64,000 nucleotides of DNA. It comes from Histomonas meleagridis 2922-C6/04-290x (taxonomy: Eukaryota > Protista > Parabasalia). How positions within the stretch are numbered: the first letter of the stretch is position 1; the number at the start of each line of letters is the position of its first letter. The DNA lies in assembly GCA_020184695.1 (NCBI GenBank), contig JAANOX010000280.1, positions 372,001 to 436,000 on the forward strand, in the 5' to 3' direction. Positions 46,057 to 57,635 of this stretch are shown here, piece after piece. A program made the translations under genes and the position numbers. The notes under the pieces are model-generated. The model worked only from the letters and a program-made list of their open reading frames with translations, made no database searches and was not told the DNA's origin.

Positions 46057-49000
46057 TTATTTTGCGTTAAAAGGATGACTCACAGCGAAGTTGATACAAT
46101 TTTCCAATTTCAACGTTGTTATTGGCTTACTTACGAACATGTTCATTCCAGCGCCCATACATTGATCTTCGTCTTCTTTTGCACTGTTTGCAGTCATTGC
46201 CACGATTGGAATATCTTTATACCAATCATCAGATTTTCTAATTTCTTCAGCTGCCTCAGGCCCATCCATTATAGGCATATGATGGTCCATAAATATCACG
46301 TTAAACCCTTTTTCTTTCTTTAAAGTGTCGATACATTCTCTTCCATTTGAAACGATCACAAATTTCCGACCCATTTTTTCGAGCAACTTCTTAATAACCC
46401 ATTGATTCATTTGATTATCTTCAGCTATTAATATTCTAAAATCATTTGAAGCCGTCGTGACACTTTTCTCGTAATCCTTTGAATTCAGCACTATATGTGT
46501 TATAATTCCATGGAATTTCATCCAAAAAGTATGTATGAAGACAAATGTAAAGTCATTTAATTCATTATCATTATTATATTTTTCTAATATTTCTTTATTT
46601 GTATATGTAACGAGTACTTTTAACGATTGATATTTTTGTTTATAATTTTTAGCTTTATCTAAATCATTTTCATCACAAATAATTAAAATGAATTTCGATG
46701 TAATAATTTCATTTTCATTTTCTATCGATTGTAATCCATAATAATTACAATGTTCTTCGAAACAATTCTCATAAAAAAGATTCTTTGTTAATAACATTAT
46801 TTGGAATCCTTTAGCTTTTTGTCTTGGTGAGAAATAACAACAATAACCAGGTTCGAAAGGTAAAGTTACGATGAAAGTTGTGCCGAAGTTAACTTTCGTA
46901 TGATAATTAATTGTACCATTTAACATTTCGACCATTCTTTTCACTATTGTTAAACAAGCACCAAAACCTGGCGGAGGTCTATTTACGTTAACTATTAAAG
47001 TTGGGAAAGCTTCGAAAAGAGTTTTCTCTTCTTCTGGTACATAACCTATACCAGTATCTTTCACTATTATTATAATGTTATTATTATTAATATCATATTT
47101 TAATGATAATAACACTGATGCGTTTTCAGTGAACTTTAATGAATTCGATAATAAATTCCATGTAATCCGTGAGAAGAAATGTGGATCCCCAATAATACTT
47201 AAAGGTATTCCTGGCTCAACATATACTTGGAATTTATCATTTGCTAATTTAAATCGATTTTGAAATACAGGAAATATTGAATCAATAGCTTCGAAAGTAT
47301 TAAATAATATCTTTTGTGGTATGAATTTGTTTTGTTCTATCTTCGCTAAGTCTAATGAATCATTTAATAAATCTAAAAGTTTATCAAATGATGCATGAAT
47401 ACATTGAACTATTTCAGCTGCTGATGGGGGAATCTTTGTCATCTCAAGTAACTCAAGTAATCCACTCATTCCATTTAATGGCGTACGAATTTCATGTGAC
47501 ATATTTGCTAAGAATCGAGATTTCGCTGTTAATGCTTCTTCTGCTCTTTGTTTTTCTAATTCGGCTTGACTTGCAAGTCCTTTTAACTCTGTCACGTCGA
47601 CTAATATACCTGTGATTTCATTAGATTGATTATTATGTCTTAAGCCTCTCATCATAAACCATCGGATCTTATCAATCATAAATGGGATTTCGACTGAGAT
47701 CGAATCTGTTTGATTATTTAAGAATTGTTTGATTTGTGATGAGATTAATTCTTGTGATTCTAAAACAACATTCGATTCGATAGTTTCCCAATTCATTAAA
47801 AATGGTTTATGTGCTATAGGTAATGATGCATATACTAAGTTCTCTCCTCGACTATCAATGAAATTCCACATACGAACATTAGAATATAATAAACCAATAT
47901 CAATGAATTGACTTAATTCGGCAGCAGAATTTATCATTTGTTTATGTTCTGTTACATCATTAGCTAATATAAATAATATCCAACCAGAAGATAATGAAAA
48001 TGTAAATTCGAAATTTCGATAATTGTTTTCAACTAACATCGATGCTGCAAATTGTATCGAGTTCCGTTTCGATAAATATATTTGTGATAAAGCTTCATGG
48101 AATTTACTTTTATCTAATTCATGAATATTTTGTAATATTTCATTAATGTTCTTCTCTCGATATTGTTCTATTAAATTATTATTACCAATCATTCCAAATA
48201 TTTGTCGTGTTAATGGTGCTATACACCAAAATATGATATTACTATCAGAATTAAATGGAATATAATTCTTAGAATGATCAATACTTGCTTGAATACTTAA
48301 GAAACTTTCGAATTCGATAAACAATAAAAATCGTGTATGAACACTTATATATATAAAATATTTATCTTTTCCTTTAGCATTTCGTAATCGAATTGGTGAT
48401 ATAGTTAATGGATGTTTTAATTCTAATATCTTTCGATCATAAGAATTAATTAAATCATTTAACGTTAAATTAGATGTATGTTTATACCCTAAATATCGTG
48501 CTAATTCTGTACATGAATCTAAAACGAAAAAGAAATTGAACATATTTTCAATGACTTTTTCATCTTTTAATTGGAATGAATTATTTTGTCGATTCGGATA
48601 AAAGTTACTAATTTGTTCGACTAATGATATATTAATATTTTGATTATAATATTGATCAAAATATGTCGAACATTTAGTATAATATTGTGTATTATTAGAA
48701 TCATGTTGAAATCCTTCAATTGTTGGATCGATATTTGAAAACATTTCATAATTACCTAAATGATGTATTAATGTACCATCTTCTTTAGTCTCGATAATAC
48801 TTATATGATTATGAATATCAAATAAATTAATTAACTTCGGTAAATGATTCGATTTGGAATCTAATCGCATTAATCTTCGAAATGAAATAATTGCTGCTAC
48901 ATATATAATAAATTGTCGTTCATAAAAACGTAATTGTAACATTTCACGTCGAATAGAAAATATAATGATAATACAATGATGATCAACTTCAATCTTATTA

Positions 49001-50307
49001 CCAATATATCGATACTTACCAATGTTACGTCCAATGACTCCAAAGTTTTCACATTCATCATATATCTTCTTAGCAAACTTTTCGATTGATGTCTTGTTCT
49101 CTTCATCAGTATATATCAATGATATCTCCGAAAATATTCCTTTCTCGACAGAATAAAACGCGGCGCCTGTAAAGTCCATTTTGTCTTTGATGTTTTCCAT
49201 TAGTTTACAGATGTCAATTTCATGTTCGGCTTGTAATGACTCCTTTAAGATACCAATGTATACTAAAATGACATATGACGCATGTAAACAATGATAATCA
49301 AAGTTGGACATTTCTTCTTTGTTCCTACACGTGATTTTGCATTCATTGTTATACATATCAAATGTTACTTCTAATGATTTTTCATTAGTTTCTTGATCAA
49401 CATTAACTTTACATTTGACTTGATTACTACTCTCTAAGCCATAGCCGGTGTAGAAGCCTCCATTAATGTTCAAATCCGGAAATATTGTGTCCGGTCTATA
49501 GCCATTTCGGACAAAGACTAAATGTGAATATGGTAATACTTTGATGACACCAATACGATAAACTCGTGACATATGATAATAAATGGTACTGAAGGCATTC
49601 TCTTTCTTCTTGTGTTCACGTAAAATATCAGTGATTCGTGCTTGAATATGTAAACAAATTTTCGACGGGGGTTTTGTCAGAGGTTTCCCGCGGTTTGTTA
49701 CAAACCATAAGTTAACATCTAGAGGAGTCGTCATTCCAAAGATACGTGCAACTAAAAAGAGAATATATAGAAGTAATATAAAAGGAAAAATTTTGGAATA
49801 ACTGTTGAAATTGGTTTGGGTATGACAGACTTGTGAATTATCTTCTTCGTGTCCAAATAAATAAATGGTAAAATGACGTTTTAATAAATATGATGAATTG
49901 GTTGATCTTTCAAAAACTAAATAATTTGGAAGATTTTTAGAAGGATTTTCGATTAATGTTAAATTACGCTTCTTAAGAGATATAGATACACCAAACTTAT
50001 CTGGCGGTTGGCGAATAAAGCTGATGGTATTCGGAATTCCATTGGAAATATTCTTAACATAAAAATTAACAATGAAATTTGAGGAACAGAGAAGATGGTA
50101 ATCATAAGAAATATTGTGAGCCTTTAGTTGAGAAATAGTTGATATAGGAATAATGGGTGAATCTGATAAAATAAGATCAGGAGATTTCCATTTTCCAATA
50201 TTTTTTATTTTGAACATATTGGAGATATGTGCTAATGATGCAGGAGCTGACGTTGTAATTAATGCATTCTTTATTGCAACTAAAGCCCCAAAAAATAAAA
50301 AAAGCAA
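46057..50307 (-). CDS. Membrane hybrid sensor histidine kinase (HisKA, HATPase, receiver)
   Basis: FLANMSHEIRTPLNG, NLLSNSLKFT, DTGIG and receiver motifs AEDNQMNQ..FMDHHMPIMDG. The ORF begins at TTG 50307; the first ATG is 50217. Confidence 0.93.
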   Translation of the reverse strand: MLFLFFGALVAIKNALITTSAPASLAHISNMFKIKNIGKWKSPDLILSDSPIIPISTISQLKAHNISYDYHLLCSSNFIVNFYVKNISNGIPNTISFIRQPPDKFGVSISLKKRNLTLIENPSKNLPNYLVFERSTNSSYLLKRHFTIYLFGHEEDNSQVCHTQTNFNSYSKIFPFILLLYILFLVARIFGMTTPLDVNLWFVTNRGKPLTKPPSKICLHIQARITDILREHKKKENAFSTIYYHMSRVYRIGVIKVLPYSHLVFVRNGYRPDTIFPDLNINGGFYTGYGLESSNQVKCKVNVDQETNEKSLEVTFDMYNNECKITCRNKEEMSNFDYHCLHASYVILVYIGILKESLQAEHEIDICKLMENIKDKMDFTGAAFYSVEKGIFSEISLIYTDEENKTSIEKFAKKIYDECENFGVIGRNIGKYRYIGNKIEVDHHCIIIIFSIRREMLQLRFYERQFIIYVAAIISFRRLMRLDSKSNHLPKLINLFDIHNHISIIETKEDGTLIHHLGNYEMFSNIDPTIEGFQHDSNNTQYYTKCSTYFDQYYNQNINISLVEQISNFYPNRQNNSFQLKDEKVIENMFNFFFVLDSCTELARYLGYKHTSNLTLNDLINSYDRKILELKHPLTISPIRLRNAKGKDKYFIYISVHTRFLLFIEFESFLSIQASIDHSKNYIPFNSDSNIIFWCIAPLTRQIFGMIGNNNLIEQYREKNINEILQNIHELDKSKFHEALSQIYLSKRNSIQFAASMLVENNYRNFEFTFSLSSGWILFILANDVTEHKQMINSAAELSQFIDIGLLYSNVRMWNFIDSRGENLVYASLPIAHKPFLMNWETIESNVVLESQELISSQIKQFLNNQTDSISVEIPFMIDKIRWFMMRGLRHNNQSNEITGILVDVTELKGLASQAELEKQRAEEALTAKSRFLANMSHEIRTPLNGMSGLLELLEMTKIPPSAAEIVQCIHASFDKLLDLLNDSLDLAKIEQNKFIPQKILFNTFEAIDSIFPVFQNRFKLANDKFQVYVEPGIPLSIIGDPHFFSRITWNLLSNSLKFTENASVLLSLKYDINNNNIIIIVKDTGIGYVPEEEKTLFEAFPTLIVNVNRPPPGFGACLTIVKRMVEMLNGTINYHTKVNFGTTFIVTLPFEPGYCCYFSPRQKAKGFQIMLLTKNLFYENCFEEHCNYYGLQSIENENEIITSKFILIICDENDLDKAKNYKQKYQSLKVLVTYTNKEILEKYNNDNELNDFTFVFIHTFWMKFHGIITHIVLNSKDYEKSVTTASNDFRILIAEDNQMNQWVIKKLLEKMGRKFVIVSNGRECIDTLKKEKGFNVIFMDHHMPIMDGPEAAEEIRKSDDWYKDIPIVAMTANSAKEDEDQCMGAGMNMFVSKPITTLKLENCINFAVSHPFNAK

Positions 50308-50861
50308 AACTGCAGTATAATAAAAGTGACAGATAAATTTAAACGATACGATATAACTTCAACGAACCCAATTTTCACAAAAAGTGACCGCTACTTTGGC
50401 CAGATATCAATTCAATTTATGAATGCAAAAAACACTTTATCCTCTTTGTTTTTTCTATTATTATACGATTTTACATTAATGCTGATTTCAAGATCATTAA
50501 TATTTTTGTGGCTTGTAAAAATAACAATATGAATAAAACTTCTAAAATTAATCGATACCATTCTTTCACAAATCATGAAAACTTTTTTTTATCACATATA
50601 TTTCATTTGAATTTTATGAAGCTATGTTTAAATCAAAATAAATTTAATATCCATTTTCAAAATGATCAATATGTGATATCATTTTCTTGCAAGAAATAAT
50701 TTACATTTTAGCTTTGAACAAATACATCATTGATTACACTCGTTCTTAGGTTCGAATAAAGAAAATGGCCTCAGTTTTTTTTTCATTTTTTTATTTGGTC
50801 GCTGAAAAGGAAAAAATTATTTGAATGGATATAAACTATTAAAAAAGTTTGACTAAGTCAA

Positions 50862-53483
50862 ATGTTTTCTTTCTTCCTGGTCTGGGCATTCGCTGTTGAC
50901 CAATCAACATTTCGGCAGTGCAAAGACTCCTTGTTCTGTGAAAGGAATAGGTTTGTTGAAGATCAGAAATGGTCTGTTATTTCTACTGAATCTAAAATCG
51001 AAGATAATGTTTTCACAGTTCCAATCGAGAATCCAAGGTTTAAAAACCGCTTAAATCTCCTTGTTACTTTTAATCCAAATTTTGTACATTTTAAGATAAC
51101 TCCTCCAACTGAAACATTTCAAAGATATGATTCTTCATCTGAGCCAACAATAGTAGACCAAGAAGCCTTAAAAGCGCGTTTTGAAATTGAAGAACATAAA
51201 AATGAAACACACATTACTTTAATTCGTTTAAATTCAAGAGTTGAAATTCAATTAAACCCATTCACAATTCATATATATGATCATGACAATCTCAAATTAT
51301 CTGCTGGCTATGATGATAAATCAATTTTTGAAACAAATGTTAACAAAGAAGAATATCCAGATTTATTCAAAACAGTTGAATTTAACAAATACACAGAAAC
51401 TCTTAAGAATGGCCCCACATCTGTTTCCATGTCATTTAAATTCCATGGTGATGTTAAATTCAGCGGATTAGCCACGCACACCCTATCGTTAAACCTCCCG
51501 TCAACCGTCAAAACCGGCGAAGCGGTTACCGATCCCATCCGATTTTTCAACACTGATATTAATCACTTTGAAGTCAACTCTGTTATGTCCATGTATGGAT
51601 CCATTCCATTTTTAGTTGGTCATTCTACCGAAGAAAGCACAGGCTTATTCTGGTGTAATCCATCTGAGACATGGGTTGATGTTGATTCCGAAGAACATAC
51701 CACACGATTCATTTCTGAGTCAGGTTTCATCGACTTTTTTGTCTTTTGTGGTTCTCATAAAGAAGTCATTCAATCATATACAACATTAACAGGTAAGCCA
51801 CCAATGCCACAAATATTCTCGTTAGGATATCATCAATCACGTTGGTCATATACGTCAACAAATGAAGTCCGAACAGTCACCAAGTCATTAGACAATGCCA
51901 TGATTCCACACGAAGCCATTTGGCTCGACTTAGATCACACTGACGATAAGAAATATTTTACGTTTGATTCAAAGAATTTCAAAGACATCAAAAATCTGAC
52001 CAAAGAATTCTCACAAAATAACCGCCACATCATCACTTTGATTGACCCCCACCTCAAAGTTGAGCGCGATTACCAAATCTATTACGAAGCTAAAGAAGGG
52101 AACTATTTTATTAAGAACAAGAACAACAAAGATTACTTTGCCAATTGTTGGCCAGGCCGTAGTGGTTGGGTTGACTTTCTAAATCCATCAGCACGTGAAT
52201 GGTGGTCCAAACAATATAATTATACATTATATCGTGGATCAAGTAAGTCAATATTCATATGGAATGATATGAATGAGCCAACAGTCTTTAAAGCGCCTGA
52301 TGCAACATTACCACGTGATACAATCCATTACGGAGGTTATGAAGATCGTGATGTACATAATCTTTATGGACATTTTATGGTATTATCGACTTATAATGGA
52401 TTAGTTGATAGAGATGAAGACAAGAATGAACGGCCTTTCATCTTAACAAGAAGTTATTTCGCTGGCACACAAAAATATTCATTCATGTGGACAGGTGATA
52501 ACTCTGCTGATTGGGATCAATTACGTAATAGTCTTTCACAAGTATTAAGCTTAAGTATTTGTGGCTATAGTTTTTGTGGTTGTGATGTCGGAGGGTTCTT
52601 TAATTCTCCCGATTATGAACTATTAACACGTTGGTATCAACTTGGCGCATTTTGTTATCCATTCTTTAGATGCCATTGTCATCATTTAAGTGATCGCCGT
52701 GAGCCTTATACATTAAAAGATGAATGGTTCGAAGCAGCAAAGACTGCCATCCAAGAGAGATACAAATTGATTTACTTATGGTATACCGCTGCTTATCATT
52801 CATCGACTAATGGTACACCGATAATAACTCCGTTATGGATGGAATTTAATGATCCTGAAATCCAAGAAGTATCTTCACAAGTTTTAGTGGATGATATTCT
52901 TATGGTTAGTCCTGTATTGGAAAAAGGAGCGCATGAAGTTAATGTCTTCTTCCCGCGTAACTCGAGATGGTACGAGTTTAGGACATTAAACGAAATCAAA
53001 AACAATGGCGAAGTTATTTCAATACGTAACGTCGAAATTGAAGTTCCAGTCTTTATTAAAGGTGGGAAAATATTCGCATTGAAACAAACACTAAGAAAAA
53101 GTGCAACGGACATGTTAAATGACCCATTCGAATTGATCGTTGCACTTGACAATAAGTTTGAGGCAACAGGTGACGTTTACGTTGATGATGGTCATAGTTT
53201 TAACTTCAAAAAGAATAACGAATTCATTCATTTGAATGTCACTTTCGAAAATAACGTTCTGAAATTTGAAGGAGACGTTGATGCGAACAAAGATAGTGAA
53301 TTCTGTCAGAACTTTGATGCTAAAATCGAAAAAATTCAAATCGCTGGTCTTGAAAAGATACCAAAAAGTATTAGGTCATCGAGAGAAGACGCTAAGATCC
53401 ACTTCGAGGATGTGGACGGTGTTCTTGTAATTGATGCTGTAATAGGACTTAAGGAAGATTGTGCATTGACATTTGAGTACTAA
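50862..53483 (+). CDS. GH31 alpha-glucosidase (glucosidase II alpha subunit-like)
   Basis: Signal peptide; WNDMNEP catalytic motif; RPFILTRS, WTGDN, DVGGF and FRCH motifs. Confidence 0.95.
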   Translation: MFSFFLVWAFAVDQSTFRQCKDSLFCERNRFVEDQKWSVISTESKIEDNVFTVPIENPRFKNRLNLLVTFNPNFVHFKITPPTETFQRYDSSSEPTIVDQEALKARFEIEEHKNETHITLIRLNSRVEIQLNPFTIHIYDHDNLKLSAGYDDKSIFETNVNKEEYPDLFKTVEFNKYTETLKNGPTSVSMSFKFHGDVKFSGLATHTLSLNLPSTVKTGEAVTDPIRFFNTDINHFEVNSVMSMYGSIPFLVGHSTEESTGLFWCNPSETWVDVDSEEHTTRFISESGFIDFFVFCGSHKEVIQSYTTLTGKPPMPQIFSLGYHQSRWSYTSTNEVRTVTKSLDNAMIPHEAIWLDLDHTDDKKYFTFDSKNFKDIKNLTKEFSQNNRHIITLIDPHLKVERDYQIYYEAKEGNYFIKNKNNKDYFANCWPGRSGWVDFLNPSAREWWSKQYNYTLYRGSSKSIFIWNDMNEPTVFKAPDATLPRDTIHYGGYEDRDVHNLYGHFMVLSTYNGLVDRDEDKNERPFILTRSYFAGTQKYSFMWTGDNSADWDQLRNSLSQVLSLSICGYSFCGCDVGGFFNSPDYELLTRWYQLGAFCYPFFRCHCHHLSDRREPYTLKDEWFEAAKTAIQERYKLIYLWYTAAYHSSTNGTPIITPLWMEFNDPEIQEVSSQVLVDDILMVSPVLEKGAHEVNVFFPRNSRWYEFRTLNEIKNNGEVISIRNVEIEVPVFIKGGKIFALKQTLRKSATDMLNDPFELIVALDNKFEATGDVYVDDGHSFNFKKNNEFIHLNVTFENNVLKFEGDVDANKDSEFCQNFDAKIEKIQIAGLEKIPKSIRSSREDAKIHFEDVDGVLVIDAVIGLKEDCALTFEY

Positions 53484-54059
53484 AAAAAACAAATAAAAAA
53501 TATTAAACATATCAAAATAAATAATTTTTATTATGCTCTGTGACGCGTTTTTAATAATGGAATTAAAATTCGAAGTTCTAAATGCAAAAATCATTTGGAA
53601 ATAACAATTGTTATGAAAATTTGTGTTTTTAAAGTTGTTCTTTATGTTTTCTTGTATAAGAGCACAATAATAATTGCAACCAAAGCGACGACGCCAATGG
53701 TTACTCCAATAATTAAACATTTTTGATTTTAATCTTTAGTATACATAATAAAATGTATAAAAATGAAATGAAATATAGATTTAAAAAATCATAATGCTTT
53801 AGTGAAAGTTTCTTCATGCTAAGAGTGTGTTATGTATAAAAATTAATTTTGATATAACGTTTAAAAATATTTTAATGTCGAAAAGGCTGTTGCTCAACAA
53901 ATTGTTCCTTCATATCGATATTTCATGTTGATGTAAATTTAGCTTTACCTCAAAACGTACATGGAAAGCATTGTCCTTATCATTTGTATAATAAAACTAA
54001 TCAAAAAGGTTTTCAAAAACTAAAAAGAGAAAACAATTTCAAATAAAATTTTTATTGTA

Positions 54060-55421
54060 ATGTCATCTCGAGAAGGATGGTTGTACAAAAAAGGGAAATT
54101 TTTTAGGAATTGGAAAAGGAGGTGGTATGTATTACAAGATAATCATTTAAGTTATTCCCAAAAACAAGGAAAAAGATCAATTAAAAGAATAAATCTTCAA
54201 AACGTACAAGCAATTGAAATATTAAATGAGGAAAATAAACAACAAGCATTTCAAATTGTGTTTTTTGGATCAAAAACTATAAAACTTTATGCGAAAAATA
54301 AAGATGATTGTATAAATTGGGTTGGAGCTCTTGAAAGAGAAAGAGCTCGAATTCAAACCAAATCTGATCAAAATTCAAAAGCCAAAAATAATGAGCCAAA
54401 AATTATTGGACTTCAAGATTTGAATATAATACGTGTTTTAGGTCGTGGTAAGTTTAGTAAAGTTAGTGTTGTTCGGAATAAGCATACAAAAAAACTATAT
54501 GCAATGAAATCAATGAGTAAAAGACTTCTTGAAGAAATGGAGAATATTGAACAAAGTTTAACAGAAAAAAATATTTTATTCCAACTAAATCATCCATTTC
54601 TTGTGTCTGCACATTATTCATTTCAAACTCCACAAAAAATATTTATTATTCTTGATTATATTCCAGGCGGTGAATTATTTTCAAGACTAAGAGAAGAAGG
54701 ACGTTTCAGTGAAGAACGTGTAAGATTTTATGCTGCAGAAATACTTTTAGGAATTGGATATTTACATAAAAAAGGATATGTGTATAGAGATCTTAAACCA
54801 GAAAATATTTTAGTTGATTATAATGGTCACATTAAAATCACTGATCTTGGACTTGCTAAAGGACAAATGAATTCTGACTCAACTACTACAACATTTTGTG
54901 GAACCCCTGAATACATTGCACCAGAAATGATTCAACAAATACCTTATACACGTTCTGTTGATTGGTGGAGTTATGGAATTCTTCTCTTCGAAATGATTTC
55001 GGGACTTCCTCCTTTTTATGATGAAAATACTAAAAAAATGTATCATAAGATTTTAACAGAAGATATTATCTTTCCTCCATATTTTTCGGATGAGGCTGCA
55101 GATTTAATATCAAAACTCTTAGATAGAAATCCATCAACAAGATTAGGTTCTTCTGAAAATGATGCAGAAGATATTAAGAGCCATCCGTTTTTCAATTCAA
55201 TCAATTGGGATGATGTTTTAAACTTAAAATATACTCCCGAATGGATACCTGTAATAAGTAGTGAAACAGATACAAGTAATTTTGATGAAGAATTTACTAA
55301 AGAGGATGCAGTCGTCTCTTTCGAAGATGAAAGTCTTATTGTGAATGAAACTCAAAAGGCATTTGATGGATTCACATGCACGAAAGATGATTCACTTGGA
55401 GACATGTTAAATAATAAGTAA
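54060..55421 (+). CDS. PH-domain AGC kinase (Akt/PKB-like)
   Basis: N-terminal PH (GWLYKKG..WKRRWY); YRDLKPEN, TFCGTPEY and an NFDEEF tail. DLG replaces DFG. Confidence 0.93.
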   Translation: MSSREGWLYKKGKFFRNWKRRWYVLQDNHLSYSQKQGKRSIKRINLQNVQAIEILNEENKQQAFQIVFFGSKTIKLYAKNKDDCINWVGALERERARIQTKSDQNSKAKNNEPKIIGLQDLNIIRVLGRGKFSKVSVVRNKHTKKLYAMKSMSKRLLEEMENIEQSLTEKNILFQLNHPFLVSAHYSFQTPQKIFIILDYIPGGELFSRLREEGRFSEERVRFYAAEILLGIGYLHKKGYVYRDLKPENILVDYNGHIKITDLGLAKGQMNSDSTTTTFCGTPEYIAPEMIQQIPYTRSVDWWSYGILLFEMISGLPPFYDENTKKMYHKILTEDIIFPPYFSDEAADLISKLLDRNPSTRLGSSENDAEDIKSHPFFNSINWDDVLNLKYTPEWIPVISSETDTSNFDEEFTKEDAVVSFEDESLIVNETQKAFDGFTCTKDDSLGDMLNNK

Positions 55422-55651
55422 TGATTTTTTCTAAATTTTAATAAATTATATTCAAAACTTTTAAAATAAAAATTGATTTTGGTCAAATTATTCTTAATTA
55501 TAAAGATTTTAAGTAAAAACAAATATATTTATTGATTTTAAATAAATAAATATATATATAGAGCATTCCATTATATGCCAATGCAAACTAATTATTGACT
55601 TTACAATATAAGGAATAATATAATTTGATTTAAATTAAACATCGCCAAATG

Positions 55652-55678
<27 letters not shown>
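55652..55678. repeat. (AT)n microsatellite
   Basis: About 13 AT units. Confidence 0.9.
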
Positions 55679-55683
<5 letters not shown>

Positions 55684-55686
55684 TAA

Positions 55687-57216
55687 TTAAATATTATCAG
55701 TGATGTTATTTTCTTGAAAATCTTTAGCAAATGGATCTTCTTCAATATGCGGAATATTAATTCCTGATGAGAAATTATATGTTTTCTCAGTTTCTTCAGA
55801 ATTTGTATTTTCATTTTCGGAATCTGTTTCAGATTCTTTAGAATTTCGTTTTCGAATAAATAAAATGATAAGTAATAATATAATTAATATAACGATAATA
55901 ACACAAACAACAACAATAATAATAACTGTCGTTTGATTATCATTTTGGTTGGAAACATCATTAGTTTCAACATTAAAATAATATTTTAAATAATATGAAT
56001 AATATATAGTATATTGAATAATTGTATATTTGTAATAAATAAATTCTATATGCGTGAAAATATATGTTGTATTTAAATATGTTAAAGAATATGAATTAGT
56101 TAGAAATGAGTTATCGATAATAAATGTTTCTGTAATTAATGCTGATAATGAAATGGAATATGTTATGTTTCCATATGTACAACTTTGCATGAATGTATTT
56201 GATTGTGTAAATAAATTTGATTGCGTGTATGTGTTTGATATAGTATACGTATTACTATTCGTAAATGTATTTGTACTAATATTTAAATCAAAATGATATG
56301 AATATTCACAGCCTGGTTGTAATTTTTCGATTGCAAGTGCTTTACTATATGTATTTTCAGCAGCAACAATAATTATTTCAATACCTTCATCAAATGTTTG
56401 TGGAAATAATACCATATCGCATTTAATTGTTTCGTCATCCCTAAAAGTACAAAGATTTGTAATGTTCCAATTTTCAAGCGGAAGTGTTCCATTATTAATG
56501 TATGTTGTCCCATTATATATATCAAATGTTCCATTATGTTTTATGCCATTAAGAAAAATTAATGGAATCGAAGAAAGTTTCGTGTTGAGAATGGAATAAA
56601 AATGTATATTTAAAATTAAAAATGTCATTTTATGGCTGAATGTCAAACTAATAGATTGCACAGCAGAAGTTGGAATATCCTTTTTTTGAGCATACATGAA
56701 ATTAAACCCTTTTTGATTTGAGATATTTTGATTACTTGTATCTTGAATCAATAAGTTTGAATTATTTAGATTTGTATTATATGGATAATAACAATACATA
56801 TTTATAGGTAATCCAATAGCAGATGAATATTTTTTTGATGAATTAAAAAAATTATTGGATTTAGTGATAAAAGGAATATTACTTATATTCCCCTCTATAA
56901 ATACACCAATTGTATCGCCTGACTCCCATGAATCTATGTATGAAAATAATATGATGTTAAGCATGGACAAAGTTTGTTTAAACATGTTATTTGTGATTTT
57001 GTCTCGCATACTACTTGGGACTTTGTTTTTAATAGCCATCAAATTTCTGAAATTTTCGGTATTTGAACCAGTAAATTCAGTTGATCTTGAAGATTCTTTA
57101 TCTGTTATTTCGATTTGTCCTGGTGTTATAGCGATAGCAAGTGTTGCAGTTACAGGAGGCAATTGTGTTTTGATGTATTCATAAGAAAATATTGATGCAG
57201 CAAAAAAGAATAGCAA
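55687..57216 (-). CDS. Surface protein: Bacteroidetes fimbrillin (Mfa1-like) domain, TFTxSN stalk, TM and acidic tail
   Basis: SWESGDTIGVF..N..MYCYYPY..DTSNQ..FMYAQ..ISLTFSHKMT..MVLFPQ matches the fimbrillin pattern, followed by a host-type stalk, TM and EEDPF tail. The start reads AACATTGCTA (TTG, or a damaged ATG). Confidence 0.7.
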   Translation of the reverse strand: MLFFFAASIFSYEYIKTQLPPVTATLAIAITPGQIEITDKESSRSTEFTGSNTENFRNLMAIKNKVPSSMRDKITNNMFKQTLSMLNIILFSYIDSWESGDTIGVFIEGNISNIPFITKSNNFFNSSKKYSSAIGLPINMYCYYPYNTNLNNSNLLIQDTSNQNISNQKGFNFMYAQKKDIPTSAVQSISLTFSHKMTFLILNIHFYSILNTKLSSIPLIFLNGIKHNGTFDIYNGTTYINNGTLPLENWNITNLCTFRDDETIKCDMVLFPQTFDEGIEIIIVAAENTYSKALAIEKLQPGCEYSYHFDLNISTNTFTNSNTYTISNTYTQSNLFTQSNTFMQSCTYGNITYSISLSALITETFIIDNSFLTNSYSLTYLNTTYIFTHIEFIYYKYTIIQYTIYYSYYLKYYFNVETNDVSNQNDNQTTVIIIVVVCVIIVILIILLLIILFIRKRNSKESETDSENENTNSEETEKTYNFSSGINIPHIEEDPFAKDFQENNITDNI

Positions 57217-57635
57217 TGTTTTAGTTTTGAATCAGCCTCGAACGGTTTCTTCTATTGTTTTTGACTTTGAAAGCATTCAATTTTCTATCGTTAAAGTTGT
57301 GCATGCTGTTAATTTACCTTTCACTAGAATTAGTAAATTAAATCATATTTTAAATACATATCTACAAAGCAAATTGCACTAAAGAACTCAAATAATGTCA
57401 AGCAAAATGATTCGTAATTAATTTTCAAAATCTAATGATTCATCATTGTTATTAATTTTTAATATTTAATTCTTATCTACCACTAGAACTTCCATTATCT
57501 TTATTTTTTCAAATTTTGTAAACATTAAATTTAGCAATATCACCACACCAATTGTAACATTGAGCTTATTAAAATTTGTATAAAAAATATATATATTTTA
57601 TTCAAACACTTCTATAATACACAAATAAAATATGT

